A stretch of 64,000 bases of DNA from Escherichia coli O127:H6 str. E2348/69 (GCF_000026545.1 NC_011601.1); one strand, 5' to 3'; counted from the stretch's first letter, positions 32,166-43,733 are shown. The notes: generated by a model not told the origin, from the sequence alone. Translations and numbers: made by a program.

Positions 32166-33185
32166 TTATTCAGAAAAAGTGAGTAAGACTTTGCAGCAAT
32201 GTTTTTGATCCTGTTCAAATAAACTAATGGCATCCGCAACATGCTGGAAATCAAATGTATGGGTAATTAGTTTTTCTGCTTTAATTAACCCTTTACTTAA
32301 CCAGTCGATAACGACCGGGAATTTATTTGCATTTAAGCGTGAAGAGAAAATAGAGAGTTCTTTTCCGGTAATTCCTTGCTGAATCACTTCAGACGGTTCA
32401 CTGGAGAAGCCCATCAATACAATACGTGCCGCTGGAGAAGCCAGCGTTACGGCCTCTTTCAAGATTGAAGGATGACAAGCGGCATCGATAATTAAAGTCG
32501 GCTTGATGCCTTTTTCAGCGAAACTCTCGCCAAGCGGTGTCTGGCTGTTATTAATCGCCCAGTCTGCCCCGCTCTCTTTCGCTTTTTCCAGTCGTTCATC
32601 AATGCGATCGGCAACAATCACATTTTTAACGTTATAGACGCCTTTTAATACCTGAACGATCGTCAGGCCGATTGGGCCGGCACCGTAAACCAGAACGGTA
32701 TCATTTTCAGTCGGTTGACCATGACCGGTAACGTTAGCCGCAATGGTAAAAGGTTCGATCATCACCGCATATTGATCGGCCACTGCTTCAGGAATTTTCC
32801 ACGCATTTTTTGCCGGAACCACGGCATATTCACTGAAACCACCGTCAGCGTGCACACCTAATACAGCAAGTGTCGTACAAACGTTCGGCTTACCTATAGA
32901 GCACGGATAGCAATGCCCACAGCTGACCACCGGATCGACAGCAACGCGTTCACCGACTCTGGCGCTTTCCACGCCGTCACCCACTGCATCAATGACGCCA
33001 AAGAATTCATGACCAATGACGCGCGGATATTTCGCAAAAGGATTATGCCCACGGTAAATATGGCTATCTGAACCACAAATTCCGGCAAGTTTAACTTTTA
33101 CTCGTACTTCACCCGCTGACGGGGTGGGTATTTCACGTTCGATAATCGACAGTTGATTCGGTTTTTCAATTAAAATGCTTTTCAT
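32166..33185 (-). CDS. rspB: zinc-binding alcohol dehydrogenase-family protein
   Basis: 339-aa protein MKSILIEKPNQLSIIEREIP... with GHEFFG zinc-ADH motif, matching RspB. Confidence 0.9.
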   Translation of the reverse strand: MKSILIEKPNQLSIIEREIPTPSAGEVRVKVKLAGICGSDSHIYRGHNPFAKYPRVIGHEFFGVIDAVGDGVESARVGERVAVDPVVSCGHCYPCSIGKPNVCTTLAVLGVHADGGFSEYAVVPAKNAWKIPEAVADQYAVMIEPFTIAANVTGHGQPTENDTVLVYGAGPIGLTIVQVLKGVYNVKNVIVADRIDERLEKAKESGADWAINNSQTPLGESFAEKGIKPTLIIDAACHPSILKEAVTLASPAARIVLMGFSSEPSEVIQQGITGKELSIFSSRLNANKFPVVIDWLSKGLIKAEKLITHTFDFQHVADAISLFEQDQKHCCKVLLTFSE

Positions 33186-33196
33186 TACCTTACTCC

Positions 33197-34411
33197 TTAC
33201 CAGTTCCACAGCGTGCCATCTTCCAGACGTGCGACTGGCAGATAAGCAGGTTCATAGGGATATTTCGCCGCCAGCTTTTCATCGAATTCGATGCCAAGAC
33301 CCGGTTTTTCTCCCGGATGCATATAGCCGTTATCGAAAGTCCAGTTGTGCGGGAAGACTTCGAGCATTTGTTCGGAATAACCCATGTATTCCTGGACACC
33401 GAAATTGGGTACCCACAGATCAAAGTGCAGCGCCGCAGCCATGCAGACTGGTGACAAATCGGAAGGACCGTGTGAGCCAGTACGTACCTGATACAGCGAA
33501 GCAAAATCGGCAATCCGGCGCATACCGGTAATTCCGCCTGCATGGGTCAGCGTGGTACGGATATAATCGATGAGTTGCTCTTCAATCAGTTGTTTGCAGT
33601 CCCAGATGCTGTTGAAGACTTCACCCACCGCGATGGGTGTGACGGTATGTTGGCGAATGAGACGGAAGCATTCCTGGTTTTCCGCAGGCGTCGGGTCTTC
33701 CATCCAGAACATGCGATAATCTTCAATGCTCTTACCAAAGCGCGCCGCTTCAATAGGCGTTAAGCGATGGTGCATGTCATGCAGCAGATGTTCATCAAAA
33801 CCAAACTTGTTACGTACCGCGTCAAACAATTTCGGCATGAAATCGAGGTATTTCTCCGTCGACCACAGCTGCTCTTCCGGCCACTGTCCTTTGGTTGCGG
33901 GTTCATAAGCCAGACCTTTACCTTTCGACATGCCGTAGGTGGTTTTCATACCAGGGATTCCGCACTGCACGCGGATGGCTTTGAATCCCAGCTCCTGATG
34001 ACGGGCATAATCATCCAGAGCTTCATCAATACTGTGACCGGTGGTATGGCAATAAACCATCACCCCTTCACGAGACGCGCCGCCGAGTAACTGGTAAAGC
34101 GGCATGTTGGCAGCTTTGGCTTTAATATCCCACAGCGCCATATCAACCGCTGAAATGGCCGACATCGTAACCGGACCGCGACGCCAGTAAGCACCTTTAT
34201 AGAAAAACTGCCAGATATCTTCGATACGGTGTGCATCGCGACCAATAAGCTGCGGACAAAGGTGATCCTGCAAATAAGAGGCCACGGAAAGCTCACGTCC
34301 ATTTAGGGTGGCATCCCCAAGGCCCGTAATACCGTCCTCAGTGGTGATTTTTAATGTGACGAAATTACGCCCCGGACAGGTAACAAAAACTTCAGCCTTT
34401 ACGATCTTCAT
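33197..34411 (-). CDS. rspA: starvation-sensing protein RspA (enolase-superfamily mannonate dehydratase)
   Basis: 404-aa protein [27 protein letters not shown]... matching RspA. Confidence 0.9.
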   Translation of the reverse strand: MKIVKAEVFVTCPGRNFVTLKITTEDGITGLGDATLNGRELSVASYLQDHLCPQLIGRDAHRIEDIWQFFYKGAYWRRGPVTMSAISAVDMALWDIKAKAANMPLYQLLGGASREGVMVYCHTTGHSIDEALDDYARHQELGFKAIRVQCGIPGMKTTYGMSKGKGLAYEPATKGQWPEEQLWSTEKYLDFMPKLFDAVRNKFGFDEHLLHDMHHRLTPIEAARFGKSIEDYRMFWMEDPTPAENQECFRLIRQHTVTPIAVGEVFNSIWDCKQLIEEQLIDYIRTTLTHAGGITGMRRIADFASLYQVRTGSHGPSDLSPVCMAAALHFDLWVPNFGVQEYMGYSEQMLEVFPHNWTFDNGYMHPGEKPGLGIEFDEKLAAKYPYEPAYLPVARLEDGTLWNW

Positions 34412-34616
34412 GTTCGATTCCTTGCATCGCTTGTCGTGATGCATGAAATCTACGCAACTGAGCTACTACCATACAAGTATGAAGATCAAAAAAAGCCGGA
34501 GTGATCACAAAAAAAGGCGTATATTTGCGCCGTGAATGGTTGACAAAAGATGAAACAGAATACCTTTTGTCAGCTGACACTTCCTCGTATCTTATTGATA
34601 AAATGGATTTATGTTC

Positions 34617-34943
34617 CTACGTGCGCCCCCAGCCCGCAACAATGATCAACATGCCGCAAAGCGCAATTAACGCCCCCGTCCAGTCATAAAGAGTCAGTTT
34701 CACGCCATCCACAACGCGCAGCCAAATCAACGCCGTGCAGACATAAACGCCACCATAAGCCGCGTAAACACGCCCACTCGCCGCAGGATGCAACGTTAAC
34801 AACCAGACAAACAGCGCCAGTGAAATCCCCGCCGGAAGCAACAGCCAGATACTGGCGTTTCGCTTCAACCACAGCCAGGGCAAAAAGCATCCAATAATTT
34901 CACACAGCGCAGTAGCAAAAAATAGTAACGTTGTTTTAATCAT
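34617..34943 (-). CDS. ynfA: UPF0060 small membrane protein
   Basis: 108-aa 4-TM protein [20 protein letters not shown] matching YnfA. Confidence 0.85.
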   Translation of the reverse strand: MIKTTLLFFATALCEIIGCFLPWLWLKRNASIWLLLPAGISLALFVWLLTLHPAASGRVYAAYGGVYVCTALIWLRVVDGVKLTLYDWTGALIALCGMLIIVAGWGRT

Positions 34944-35077
34944 CTTTGTCACTTATTGACATCACGTATAGTTATAGGGCGACATAATATCATCAATATA
35001 AACACCCTCCTTGAACGTTTTGCGTTCGCAGTGGATGGTGTAGAATCAGCTTTAATCATTCATACAGGGAATGAATT

Positions 35078-35419
35078 ATGAAAATCACTCTCAGCAAACG
35101 AATCGGCCTGCTCGCTTTTCTGCTGCCTTGCGCACTGGCATTGAGCACAACTGTTCATGCCGAAACTAACAAACTGGTGATTGAGTCTGGCGACAGTGCA
35201 CAAAGCCGCCAGCGCGCCGCTATGGAAAAAGAGCAATGGAATGACACGCGTAATCTGCGCCAGAAAGTGAATAAACGCACTGAAAAAGAGTGGGATAAAG
35301 CCGACGCTGCTTTTGATAACCGCGATAAATGTGAGCAAAGCGCCAACATCAATGCCTACTGGGAGCCAAATACTTTGCGCTGCCTGGACCGTCGAACTGG
35401 CCGCGTTATTATCCCCTAA
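35078..35419 (+). CDS. ynfB: UPF0482 secreted protein
   Basis: 113-aa protein with signal peptide, matching YnfB. Confidence 0.85.
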   Translation: MKITLSKRIGLLAFLLPCALALSTTVHAETNKLVIESGDSAQSRQRAAMEKEQWNDTRNLRQKVNKRTEKEWDKADAAFDNRDKCEQSANINAYWEPNTLRCLDRRTGRVIIP

Positions 35420-35453
35420 CCTGTTATTGATTTAAGGAATGTAAGGACACGTT

Positions 35454-36014
35454 ATGCCAAGCGCCCACAGTGTTAAGCTACGCCCGCTGGAGCGTGAAGA
35501 TTTACGCTATGTACATCAACTCGACAATAACGCCAGTGTGATGCGTTACTGGTTTGAGGAACCCTACGAAGCCTTTGTTGAACTCTCTGATCTGTATGAT
35601 AAGCATATTCACGATCAGAGCGAACGGCGCTTTGTGGTGGAATGTGACGGCGAAAAAGCCGGTCTGGTGGAGCTGGTGGAAATTAACCATGTTCATCGCC
35701 GCGCAGAATTTCAGATAATTATCTCCCCGGAGTATCAGGGGAAAGGTCTGGCAACCCGTGCCGCCAAATTAGCAATGGACTATGGCTTCACCGTTCTCAA
35801 TCTCTATAAGCTGTATCTGATCGTTGATAAAGAGAATGAAAAAGCGATTCACATTTACCGCAAGCTTGGCTTTACGGTTGAAGGTGAATTGATGCATGAG
35901 TTCTTTATTAATGGTCAATATCGTAATGCCATTCGCATGTGTATATTCCAGCATCAGTATCTGGCTGAGCACAAAACACCGGGTCAGACTCTCCTGAAGC
36001 CGACCGCACAATAG
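35454..36014 (+). CDS. speG: spermidine N1-acetyltransferase
   Basis: 186-aa GNAT protein [26 protein letters not shown] matching SpeG. Confidence 0.95.
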   Translation: MPSAHSVKLRPLEREDLRYVHQLDNNASVMRYWFEEPYEAFVELSDLYDKHIHDQSERRFVVECDGEKAGLVELVEINHVHRRAEFQIIISPEYQGKGLATRAAKLAMDYGFTVLNLYKLYLIVDKENEKAIHIYRKLGFTVEGELMHEFFINGQYRNAIRMCIFQHQYLAEHKTPGQTLLKPTAQ

Positions 36015-36016
36015 TA

Positions 36017-36727
36017 TTAATAATAATCGATCGTATTTTTGATGGTGTAAACCCGTTCGACGGCGGGTTTTACTCCTTCATCAACAATGATTAGCTGACA
36101 GTCCACCGGATTGGCGTGATTGTCATACTCACAGCTCTGTTTTACATTACCAACCCGTTGATTATTCAGTAAAGTAACCGCTGTGTAATCTAATTTTTTG
36201 ATCGGGTCCGTTGATGGCGTGGCGCTGACAGATAATGTTTTATCGTTACTTGTTGTGGTTTTACCCAGCGGATACCCCTGATCATCATAGCGATATTCCA
36301 TCTGCATCTGTTTGCTGCTGGCTTTAATCACGAAACCATTATCATCGGTTTCCCAACTCACCCCGGCAGAAGGTAATTCTGCTAGCTGGCATTTTCCCTG
36401 CAAACGAACTCTTTTCTCCAGCGTCTCGGCATCACGGTAATAATTGGCGTCCAGTACCAGGGCAACCAAGGTATTATTTTCCAGATCCAGTAATTCGAGA
36501 GAATCAAAACAGCCTTCTTCCGACAAAGTCCCCGAAACACGTTTCGTCACTTCACCTTGCTCATCCATTAATGTCTGAGTGAAATCTTTTACGGGACCAC
36601 GCAGCGGATCAAAATCGAATTCATTAGAGAAACTGGCCATCTCCGGGGTAAATGAAAGTGTTACCTCTGTGCGGTCACATCCTGTGAGTAATATCGCGAG
36701 TAAGCATGGCAGTAATTTGTATTTCAC
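36017..36727 (-). CDS. ynfC: lipoprotein YnfC
   Basis: lipobox LLTGC after KYKLLPCLLAIL; start taken as GTG at 36727 (alternative ATG at 36763). Confidence 0.8.
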   Translation of the reverse strand: MKYKLLPCLLAILLTGCDRTEVTLSFTPEMASFSNEFDFDPLRGPVKDFTQTLMDEQGEVTKRVSGTLSEEGCFDSLELLDLENNTLVALVLDANYYRDAETLEKRVRLQGKCQLAELPSAGVSWETDDNGFVIKASSKQMQMEYRYDDQGYPLGKTTTSNDKTLSVSATPSTDPIKKLDYTAVTLLNNQRVGNVKQSCEYDNHANPVDCQLIIVDEGVKPAVERVYTIKNTIDYY

Positions 36728-36831
36728 AACAGTCACCTGAGAGTAGAGATGATTCTCAATCATAGTAGCAAATACAGTACTTTACACGTTAAATGCTATG
36801 CTTAAAGAAGTTATCTTCGCGTAAGGAGCTT

Positions 36832-37140
36832 ATGATGAAACTCTCAACCTGCTGTGCCGCGCTTCTGCTCGCCCTCGCCTCACCCGCGGTACTCGCCGCG
36901 CCGGGATCCTGTGAGCGCATACAGCGCGATATATCACAGCGCATTATCAATAATGGCGTACCCGAAAGCAGCTTCACGTTAAGTATTGTACCCAATGACC
37001 AGGTTGATCAGCCTGATTCCCAGGTCGTCGGGCATTGCGCTAATGATACGCATAAAATTCTCTACACCCGTACCACCAGCGGTAACGTCTCTGCTCCCGC
37101 GCAGTCTACCCAGGATAACGCGCCTGCTGAACCGCAGTAA
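36832..37140 (+). CDS. ynfD: secreted protein YnfD (DUF1161)
   Basis: MMKLSTCCAALLLALASPAVLAAPGSCERIQ... signal peptide; matches YnfD. Confidence 0.8.
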   Translation: MMKLSTCCAALLLALASPAVLAAPGSCERIQRDISQRIINNGVPESSFTLSIVPNDQVDQPDSQVVGHCANDTHKILYTRTTSGNVSAPAQSTQDNAPAEPQ

Positions 37141-37338
37141 CACATTATCGACTGAACGCCGGATACGACACATCCGGCGATTTGAACATACAACATAATC
37201 CCACCTTATTACTCATACCCTTCTATTGATATGGATTAATAATTATTAACCCCAAATGGGTAGACTCTCTCTATTGTTAGCGCGCTAAATATTCAATATA
37301 TAAACATTTATATAACGATAAAGAACAGGGAGTGAGTT

Positions 37339-39765
37339 ATGTCCAAAAATGAACAAATGGTGGGCATCAGCCGCAGAACACTCGTTAAATCTACCGCGAT
37401 AGGTTCTCTGGCGCTGGCTGCAGGCGGTTTTTCTTTGCCGTTTACCCTGCGCAGTGCAGAAGCAGCGGTACAACAGGCCAACGAAAAAGTGGTCTGGGGT
37501 GCCTGTTCCGTCAACTGTGGTAGCCGCTGTGCACTTCGTCTGCATGTTAAAGATAATGAAGTGACCTGGGTGGAAACTGACAACACCGGCAGCGACGAGT
37601 ATGGCAACCATCAGGTACGCGCCTGTTTGCGCGGTCGCTCCATCCGTCGGCGTATTAATCATCCCGATCGCCTGAATTACCCAATGAAACGCGTGGGCAA
37701 ACGCGGCGAAGGCAAATTCGAACGGATTAGCTGGGATGAAGCCCTGGATACTATCGCCAGTAGCCTGAAAAAAACCGTCAAACAATATGGCAATGAGGCT
37801 GTATATATTCAGTACTCTTCGGGGATTGTTGGCGGCAATATGACCCGCTCTTCTCCATCAGCCTCGGCGGTCAAACGCCTGATGAACTGCTACGGCGGTT
37901 CACTAAATCAGTATGGCTCCTACAGCACTGCGCAAATTTCCTGTGCCATGCCCTACACCTACGGCAGTAATGATGGCAACAGCACCACGGATATTGAAAA
38001 CAGCAAGCTGGTCGTGATGTTTGGTAACAACCCGGCTGAAACCCGCATGAGCGGCGGTGGCATCACCTATCTTCTTGAAAAAGCACGCGAGAAATCGAAC
38101 GCAAAAATGATTGTTATCGATCCGCGATATACCGATACGGCTGCTGGTCGTGAAGATGAATGGCTTCCTATTCGCCCGGGCACCGATGCCGCGCTGGTTG
38201 CGGGTATTGCCTGGGTATTGATTAACGAAAATCTCGTTGATCAACCTTTTCTCGATAAATACTGCGTCGGCTATGACGAAAAAACCTTACCCGCAGATGC
38301 ACCCAAAAATGGTCACTATAAAGCCTATATTCTTGGTGAAGGCGATGATAAAACAGCGAAAACGCCGCAGTGGGCTTCGCAAATTACAGGTATCCCGGTA
38401 GACCGTATCATCAAACTGGCGCGTGAAATTGGCACAGCAAAACCCGCTTATATCTGCCAGGGCTGGGGGCCGCAACGCCAGGCAAACGGCGAGCTGACGG
38501 CACGCGCTATTGCTATGTTGCCTATTTTGACGGGCAATGTCGGCATCAGCGGCGGAAATAGTGGTGCGCGTGAATCGACCTACACCATTACCATCGAACG
38601 CTTGCCGGTGCTGGATAATCCGGTCAAAACGTCAATCTCCTGCTTCAGCTGGACAGATGCTATCGATCATGGCCCGCAAATGACGGCAATCCGCGACGGC
38701 GTCCGGGGCAAAGATAAACTAGATGTGCCCATTAAGTTCATCTGGAACTACGCGGGAAATACCCTGGTTAATCAGCATTCTGACATCAACAAAACGCATG
38801 AAATTCTGCAGGACGAATCGAAATGCGAAATGATTGTGGTCATCGAAAACTTTATGACCTCATCGGCAAAATATGCCGACATTCTGCTGCCAGACCTGAT
38901 GACCGTTGAGCAGGAAGATATTATTCCTAACGACTACGCCGGTAACATGGGATATCTCATTTTCCTCCAGCCTGTCACCAGCGAAAAATTCGAACGCAAA
39001 CCAATTTACTGGATCCTGAGTGAAGTCGCGAAACGTCTTGGACCTGACGTCTATCAAAAGTTCACTGAAGGTCGCACGCAGGAACAATGGTTACAACATC
39101 TGTACGCCAAAATGCTTGCCAAAGATCCGGCGTTACCGTCTTACGACGAATTAAAAAAAATGGGTATCTATAAGCGTAAAGATCCCAATGGTCATTTTGT
39201 CGCCTACAAAGCATTTCGTGACGACCCCGAGGCAAATCCACTTAAAACGCCTTCCGGTAAGATTGAAATTTATTCCAGCAAGCTGGCGGAAATTGCCCGT
39301 ACCTGGGAACTGGAAAAAGATGAAGTGATAAGCCCACTGCCGGTTTATGCCTCAACCTTTGAAGGCTGGGACTCCCCTGAACATAGTGCCTTCCCACTGC
39401 AACTGTTTGGTTTCCATTACAAATCCCGTACGCACTCGACCTACGGCAACATTGATGTCCTGAAGGCAGCCTGCCGTCAGGAAGTGTGGATCAACCCTAT
39501 AGATGCACAGAAACGTGGGATTGCCAACGGCGATATGGTGCGGGTGTTTAACCATCGTGGCGAAGTTCGGCTACCAGCCAAAGTGACACCACGCATTCTC
39601 CCTGGAGTTAGTGCTATGGGCCAGGGAGCCTGGCACGAGGCCAATATGTCTGGCGATAAAATCGACCACGGCGGCTGTGTGAATACGCTAACCACTCTGC
39701 GCCCTTCACCACTGGCGAAGGGAAACCCGCAGCACACTAATCTGGTCGAGATCGAAAAAATATAA
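37339..39765 (+). CDS. ynfE: DMSO-reductase-family molybdoenzyme catalytic subunit (Tat-exported), selenate-reductase-like
   Basis: 808-aa protein with twin-arginine signal (SRRTLVKS) and Cys-rich 4Fe-4S motif CSVNCGSRC; matches YnfE. Confidence 0.9.
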   Translation: MSKNEQMVGISRRTLVKSTAIGSLALAAGGFSLPFTLRSAEAAVQQANEKVVWGACSVNCGSRCALRLHVKDNEVTWVETDNTGSDEYGNHQVRACLRGRSIRRRINHPDRLNYPMKRVGKRGEGKFERISWDEALDTIASSLKKTVKQYGNEAVYIQYSSGIVGGNMTRSSPSASAVKRLMNCYGGSLNQYGSYSTAQISCAMPYTYGSNDGNSTTDIENSKLVVMFGNNPAETRMSGGGITYLLEKAREKSNAKMIVIDPRYTDTAAGREDEWLPIRPGTDAALVAGIAWVLINENLVDQPFLDKYCVGYDEKTLPADAPKNGHYKAYILGEGDDKTAKTPQWASQITGIPVDRIIKLAREIGTAKPAYICQGWGPQRQANGELTARAIAMLPILTGNVGISGGNSGARESTYTITIERLPVLDNPVKTSISCFSWTDAIDHGPQMTAIRDGVRGKDKLDVPIKFIWNYAGNTLVNQHSDINKTHEILQDESKCEMIVVIENFMTSSAKYADILLPDLMTVEQEDIIPNDYAGNMGYLIFLQPVTSEKFERKPIYWILSEVAKRLGPDVYQKFTEGRTQEQWLQHLYAKMLAKDPALPSYDELKKMGIYKRKDPNGHFVAYKAFRDDPEANPLKTPSGKIEIYSSKLAEIARTWELEKDEVISPLPVYASTFEGWDSPEHSAFPLQLFGFHYKSRTHSTYGNIDVLKAACRQEVWINPIDAQKRGIANGDMVRVFNHRGEVRLPAKVTPRILPGVSAMGQGAWHEANMSGDKIDHGGCVNTLTTLRPSPLAKGNPQHTNLVEIEKI

Positions 39766-39822
39766 CCCACTACGACCATAAATTTTGACATGACATTTTG
39801 TTTGAAAAGCAATAAGTGAGTA

Positions 39823-42249
39823 ATGATGAAAATCCATAACACAGAGGCGCTCATGTCGGCTGAAATCAGTCGTAGAAGTCTGATGAAAACCTCCGCACTT
39901 GGCAGTCTCGCGCTGGCAAGCAGTGCTTTCACTTTGCCGTTTTCCCAAATGGTCCGAGCGGCACAGGCACCGGTAGAAGAGAAAGCGGTCTGGAGTTCCT
40001 GCACCGTTAACTGCGGGAGCCGCTGTCTGTTACGTTTGCATGTGAAAGATGACACCGTGTACTGGGTGGAGTCTGATACGACAGGTGACGACGTTTACGG
40101 TAATCATCAGGTTCGGGCATGTTTACGCGGGCGCTCTATCCGCCGACGGATGAATCATCCTGACAGGTTGAAATATCCCATGAAGCGCGTCGGCAAGCGC
40201 GGTGAAGGTAAATTTGAACGGATAAGTTGGGACGAAGCCCTGGATACCATCAGTGATAATCTTCGGCGGATCCTAAAAGATTACGGCAATGAGGCTGTAC
40301 ATGTTCTCTATGGAACAGGCGTAGATGGCGGAAACATCACCAACTCAAACGTCCCGTACCGTCTGATGAACTCTTGCGGTGGTTTTCTCAGTCGCTATGG
40401 CAGCTACAGTACCGCACAGATCAGTGCCGCAATGAGTTATATGTTCGGTGCCAATGATGGCAACAGCCCGGATGATATCGCCAATACGAAACTGGTCGTT
40501 ATGTTCGGAAATAACCCGGCAGAAACACGGATGAGCGGCGGTGGTGTCACTTACTACGTCGAGCAAGCCCGCGAACGTTCAAACGCACGCATGATCGTCA
40601 TCGATCCACGTTATAACGACACAGCTGCCGGGCGTGAAGATGAATGGCTGCCCATTCGCCCTGGCACCGATGGCGCACTGGCCTGTGCGATTGCCTGGGT
40701 ACTGATTACTGAAAACATGGTCGATCAGCCATTTCTCGACAAATATTGTGTTGGTTACGATGAAAAAACGCTGCCAGCTAACGCTCCACGTAACGCGCAT
40801 TATAAAGCCTATATTCTGGGCGAAGGGACTGACAGCATAGCTAAGACGCCGGAATGGGCAGCAAAAATCACCAGCATCCCGGCAGAAAAAATTATCCAGT
40901 TGGCACGAGAGATCGGTTCAGCAAAACCGGCTTATATTTGTCAGGGTTGGGGGCCACAACGACATTCCAACGGCGAGCAAACGTCCCGCGCTATTGCCAT
41001 GCTTTCCGTTCTCACCGGTAACGTCGGCATAAACGGCGGCAACTCAGGTGTACGCGAAGGTAGCTGGGATCTGGGGGTAGAATGGTTCCCGATGCTCGAG
41101 AATCCAGTTAAAACGCAGATTTCCGTCTTTACATGGACAGATGCCATCGACCATGGTACGGAAATGACCGCGACCCGTGATGGTGTTCGAGGAAAAGAAA
41201 AACTGGATGTCCCCATCAAGTTTTTATGGTGCTACGCCAGTAACACATTGATCAATCAACATGGCGACATCAATCACACCCATGAGGTGCTTCAGGATGA
41301 CAGCAAGTGCGAGATGATTGTTGGCATTGACCACTTCATGACTGCCTCGGCTAAGTATTGCGATATCCTGTTACCCGACCTGATGCCAACAGAGCAAGAA
41401 GACCTTATCTCTCATGAGTCTGCCGGGAATATGGGCTATGTGATCCTCGCCCAACCCGCAACCTCAGCAAAATTTGAACGCAAACCCATCTACTGGATGC
41501 TGAGCGAAGTCGCCAAACGCTTAGGACCAGACGTTTATCAAACCTTTACTGAAGGTCGCAGTCAGCATGAATGGATCAAATATCTCCATGCGAAAACGAA
41601 GGAACGTAACCCTGAGATGCCCGACTACGAGGAGATGAAAACGACCGGGATCTTTAAGAAAAAATGCCCGGAAGAACACTACGTCGCTTTCCGCGCATTC
41701 CGTGAAGATCCACAGGCAAACCCGTTGAAAACACCTTCGGGGAAAATCGAAATTTATTCTGAACGACTGGCGAAGATTGCAGATACCTGGGAATTGAAAA
41801 AAGATGAAATTATTCATCCCCTTCCTGCGTATACCCCAGGTTTTGATGGCTGGGACGATCCCCTGCGGAAAACCTATCCACTGCAACTAACGGGCTTCCA
41901 CTACAAAGCGCGTACCCACTCCAGCTACGGCAATATTGATGTGTTACAGCAGGCCTGCCCACAAGAGGTGTGGATCAACCCTATTGATGCTCAGGCACGC
42001 GGTATCCGTCATGGCGATACCGTGCGGGTATTTAACAATAATGGAGAAATGCTGATTGCCGCAAAAGTGACTCCGCGTATTCTGCCTGGCGTTACCGCCA
42101 TCGGGCAAGGTGCGTGGCTTAAAGCGGATATGTTTGGTGACCGGGTCGATCACGGCGGCAGTATCAATATTCTGACCTCTCACCGCCCTTCACCGCTGGC
42201 AAAGGGAAACCCGTCGCACAGCAATCTTGTCCAGATCGAAAAGGTTTAA
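39823..42249 (+). CDS. ynfF: DMSO-reductase-family molybdoenzyme catalytic subunit (Tat-exported), paralog of ynfE
   Basis: 808-aa protein with Tat signal (SRRSLMKT) and CTVNCGSRC; matches YnfF. Confidence 0.9.
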   Translation: MMKIHNTEALMSAEISRRSLMKTSALGSLALASSAFTLPFSQMVRAAQAPVEEKAVWSSCTVNCGSRCLLRLHVKDDTVYWVESDTTGDDVYGNHQVRACLRGRSIRRRMNHPDRLKYPMKRVGKRGEGKFERISWDEALDTISDNLRRILKDYGNEAVHVLYGTGVDGGNITNSNVPYRLMNSCGGFLSRYGSYSTAQISAAMSYMFGANDGNSPDDIANTKLVVMFGNNPAETRMSGGGVTYYVEQARERSNARMIVIDPRYNDTAAGREDEWLPIRPGTDGALACAIAWVLITENMVDQPFLDKYCVGYDEKTLPANAPRNAHYKAYILGEGTDSIAKTPEWAAKITSIPAEKIIQLAREIGSAKPAYICQGWGPQRHSNGEQTSRAIAMLSVLTGNVGINGGNSGVREGSWDLGVEWFPMLENPVKTQISVFTWTDAIDHGTEMTATRDGVRGKEKLDVPIKFLWCYASNTLINQHGDINHTHEVLQDDSKCEMIVGIDHFMTASAKYCDILLPDLMPTEQEDLISHESAGNMGYVILAQPATSAKFERKPIYWMLSEVAKRLGPDVYQTFTEGRSQHEWIKYLHAKTKERNPEMPDYEEMKTTGIFKKKCPEEHYVAFRAFREDPQANPLKTPSGKIEIYSERLAKIADTWELKKDEIIHPLPAYTPGFDGWDDPLRKTYPLQLTGFHYKARTHSSYGNIDVLQQACPQEVWINPIDAQARGIRHGDTVRVFNNNGEMLIAAKVTPRILPGVTAIGQGAWLKADMFGDRVDHGGSINILTSHRPSPLAKGNPSHSNLVQIEKV

Positions 42250-42259
42250 GGAGTAGCCC

Positions 42260-42877
42260 ATGACCACACAATATGGATTTTTTATCGATTCCAGCCGCTG
42301 TACTGGCTGTAAAACCTGCGAACTGGCGTGCAAAGATTTTAAAGATCTTGGCCCGGAAGTCAGTTTCCGCCGTATTTATGAATATGCTGGCGGCGACTGG
42401 CAGGAAGATAATGGCGTCTGGCACCAGAACGTGTTCGCTTATTATCTCTCCATCTCCTGTAACCATTGCGATGACCCCGCATGTACAAAAGTCTGCCCCA
42501 GCGGCGCAATGCATAAGCGTGAAGATGGCTTTGTGGTGGTTGATGAAGATGTTTGTATCGGCTGCCGCTACTGCCACATGGCTTGTCCGTACGGCGCGCC
42601 ACAGTACAATGCTGAAAAAGGGCACATGACGAAGTGCGATGGTTGTTATTCGCGCGTCGCCGAGGGGAAACAACCCATATGTGTCGAATCCTGCCCGCTG
42701 CGTGCACTTGAGTTCGGTCCAATTGAAGAGCTGCGCCAGAAGCACGGCACTCTGGCTGCCGTCGCGCCACTGCCGCGCGCACATTTCACAAAACCCAATA
42801 TCGTTATCAAACCTAACGCCAACAGCCGCCCGACCGGCGATACCACTGGTTATCTGGCTAATCCGGAGGAAGTGTAA
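42260..42877 (+). CDS. ynfG: 4Fe-4S ferredoxin-type electron-transfer subunit
   Basis: 205-aa protein with four Cys clusters (CxxCxxCxxxCP), matching YnfG. Confidence 0.9.
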   Translation: MTTQYGFFIDSSRCTGCKTCELACKDFKDLGPEVSFRRIYEYAGGDWQEDNGVWHQNVFAYYLSISCNHCDDPACTKVCPSGAMHKREDGFVVVDEDVCIGCRYCHMACPYGAPQYNAEKGHMTKCDGCYSRVAEGKQPICVESCPLRALEFGPIEELRQKHGTLAAVAPLPRAHFTKPNIVIKPNANSRPTGDTTGYLANPEEV

Positions 42878-42878
42878 A

Positions 42879-43733
42879 ATGGGAAATGGATGGCATGAAT
42901 GGCCACTGGTTATCTTTACCGTATTGGGTCAATGCGTAGTAGGCGCGCTGATTGTTAGCGGAATTGGCTGGTTCGCCGCCAAAAATGACGCAGACCGTCA
43001 GCACATTATTCGTGGCATGTTTTTCCTCTGGCTGTTGATGGGCATCGGGTTTATTGCCTCTGTCATGCACCTGGGATCGCCACTGCGGGCGTTTAACTCG
43101 CTGAATAGAATCGGAGCTTCTGGTCTGAGTAACGAGATTGCTGCCGGTTCCATATTTTTTGCCGTTGGCGGATTATGGTGGCTGGTGGCGGTCATCGGTA
43201 AAATGCCGCAAGCGTTGGGGAAACTCTGGTTACTTGTCAGCATGGCGCTCGGCATCATTTTCGTCTGGATGATGACCTGCGTGTATCAAATCGACACTGT
43301 GCCAACCTGGCATAACGGTTACACTACGCTGGCTTTCTTCCTGACGGTATTGTTGAGCGGTCCAATACTTGCTGCCACAATTCTGCGTGCAGCCCGCGTT
43401 ACATTTAATACCACACCATTTGCCATCATTAGCATTCTGGCGCTGATCGCTTGTGCCGGGTTGATTGTGCTGCAAGGTTTGTCTCTGGCGTCTATTCACT
43501 CATCCGTACAACAAGCCAGCGCACTGGTACCAGATTACGCCTCCTTACAGGTCTGGCGTGTGGTATTGTTATGCGCAGGTCTTGGATGCTGGCTTTGTCC
43601 GCTCATTCGTCGCCGTGAACCTCACGTTGCCGGACTTGTTCTGGGGCTAATCCTCATTCTTGGCGGTGAGATGATCGGGCGTGTGCTCTTTTATGGCCTG
43701 CACATGACGGTAGGAATGGCTATTGCAGGTTAA
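42879..43733 (+). CDS. ynfH: DmsC-like membrane anchor subunit
   Basis: 284-aa multi-TM protein from MGNGWHEWPLVIF; ATG 1 nt after the ynfG stop; the longer track ORF is an in-frame upstream extension. Confidence 0.9.
   Translation: MGNGWHEWPLVIFTVLGQCVVGALIVSGIGWFAAKNDADRQHIIRGMFFLWLLMGIGFIASVMHLGSPLRAFNSLNRIGASGLSNEIAAGSIFFAVGGLWWLVAVIGKMPQALGKLWLLVSMALGIIFVWMMTCVYQIDTVPTWHNGYTTLAFFLTVLLSGPILAATILRAARVTFNTTPFAIISILALIACAGLIVLQGLSLASIHSSVQQASALVPDYASLQVWRVVLLCAGLGCWLCPLIRRREPHVAGLVLGLILILGGEMIGRVLFYGLHMTVGMAIAG

Noticed and set aside
42164-42784. 206-aa and overlapping 140-aa minus-strand ORFs
   Set aside because: Antisense to ynfG (4Fe-4S subunit); an artefact of GC-rich Cys-codon-rich coding sequence.
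42639-42878. Upstream in-frame extension of ynfH (364-aa track ORF)
   Set aside because: The extension overlaps the ynfG coding region; the conserved YnfH sequence starts at ATG 42879, one nt after the ynfG stop.
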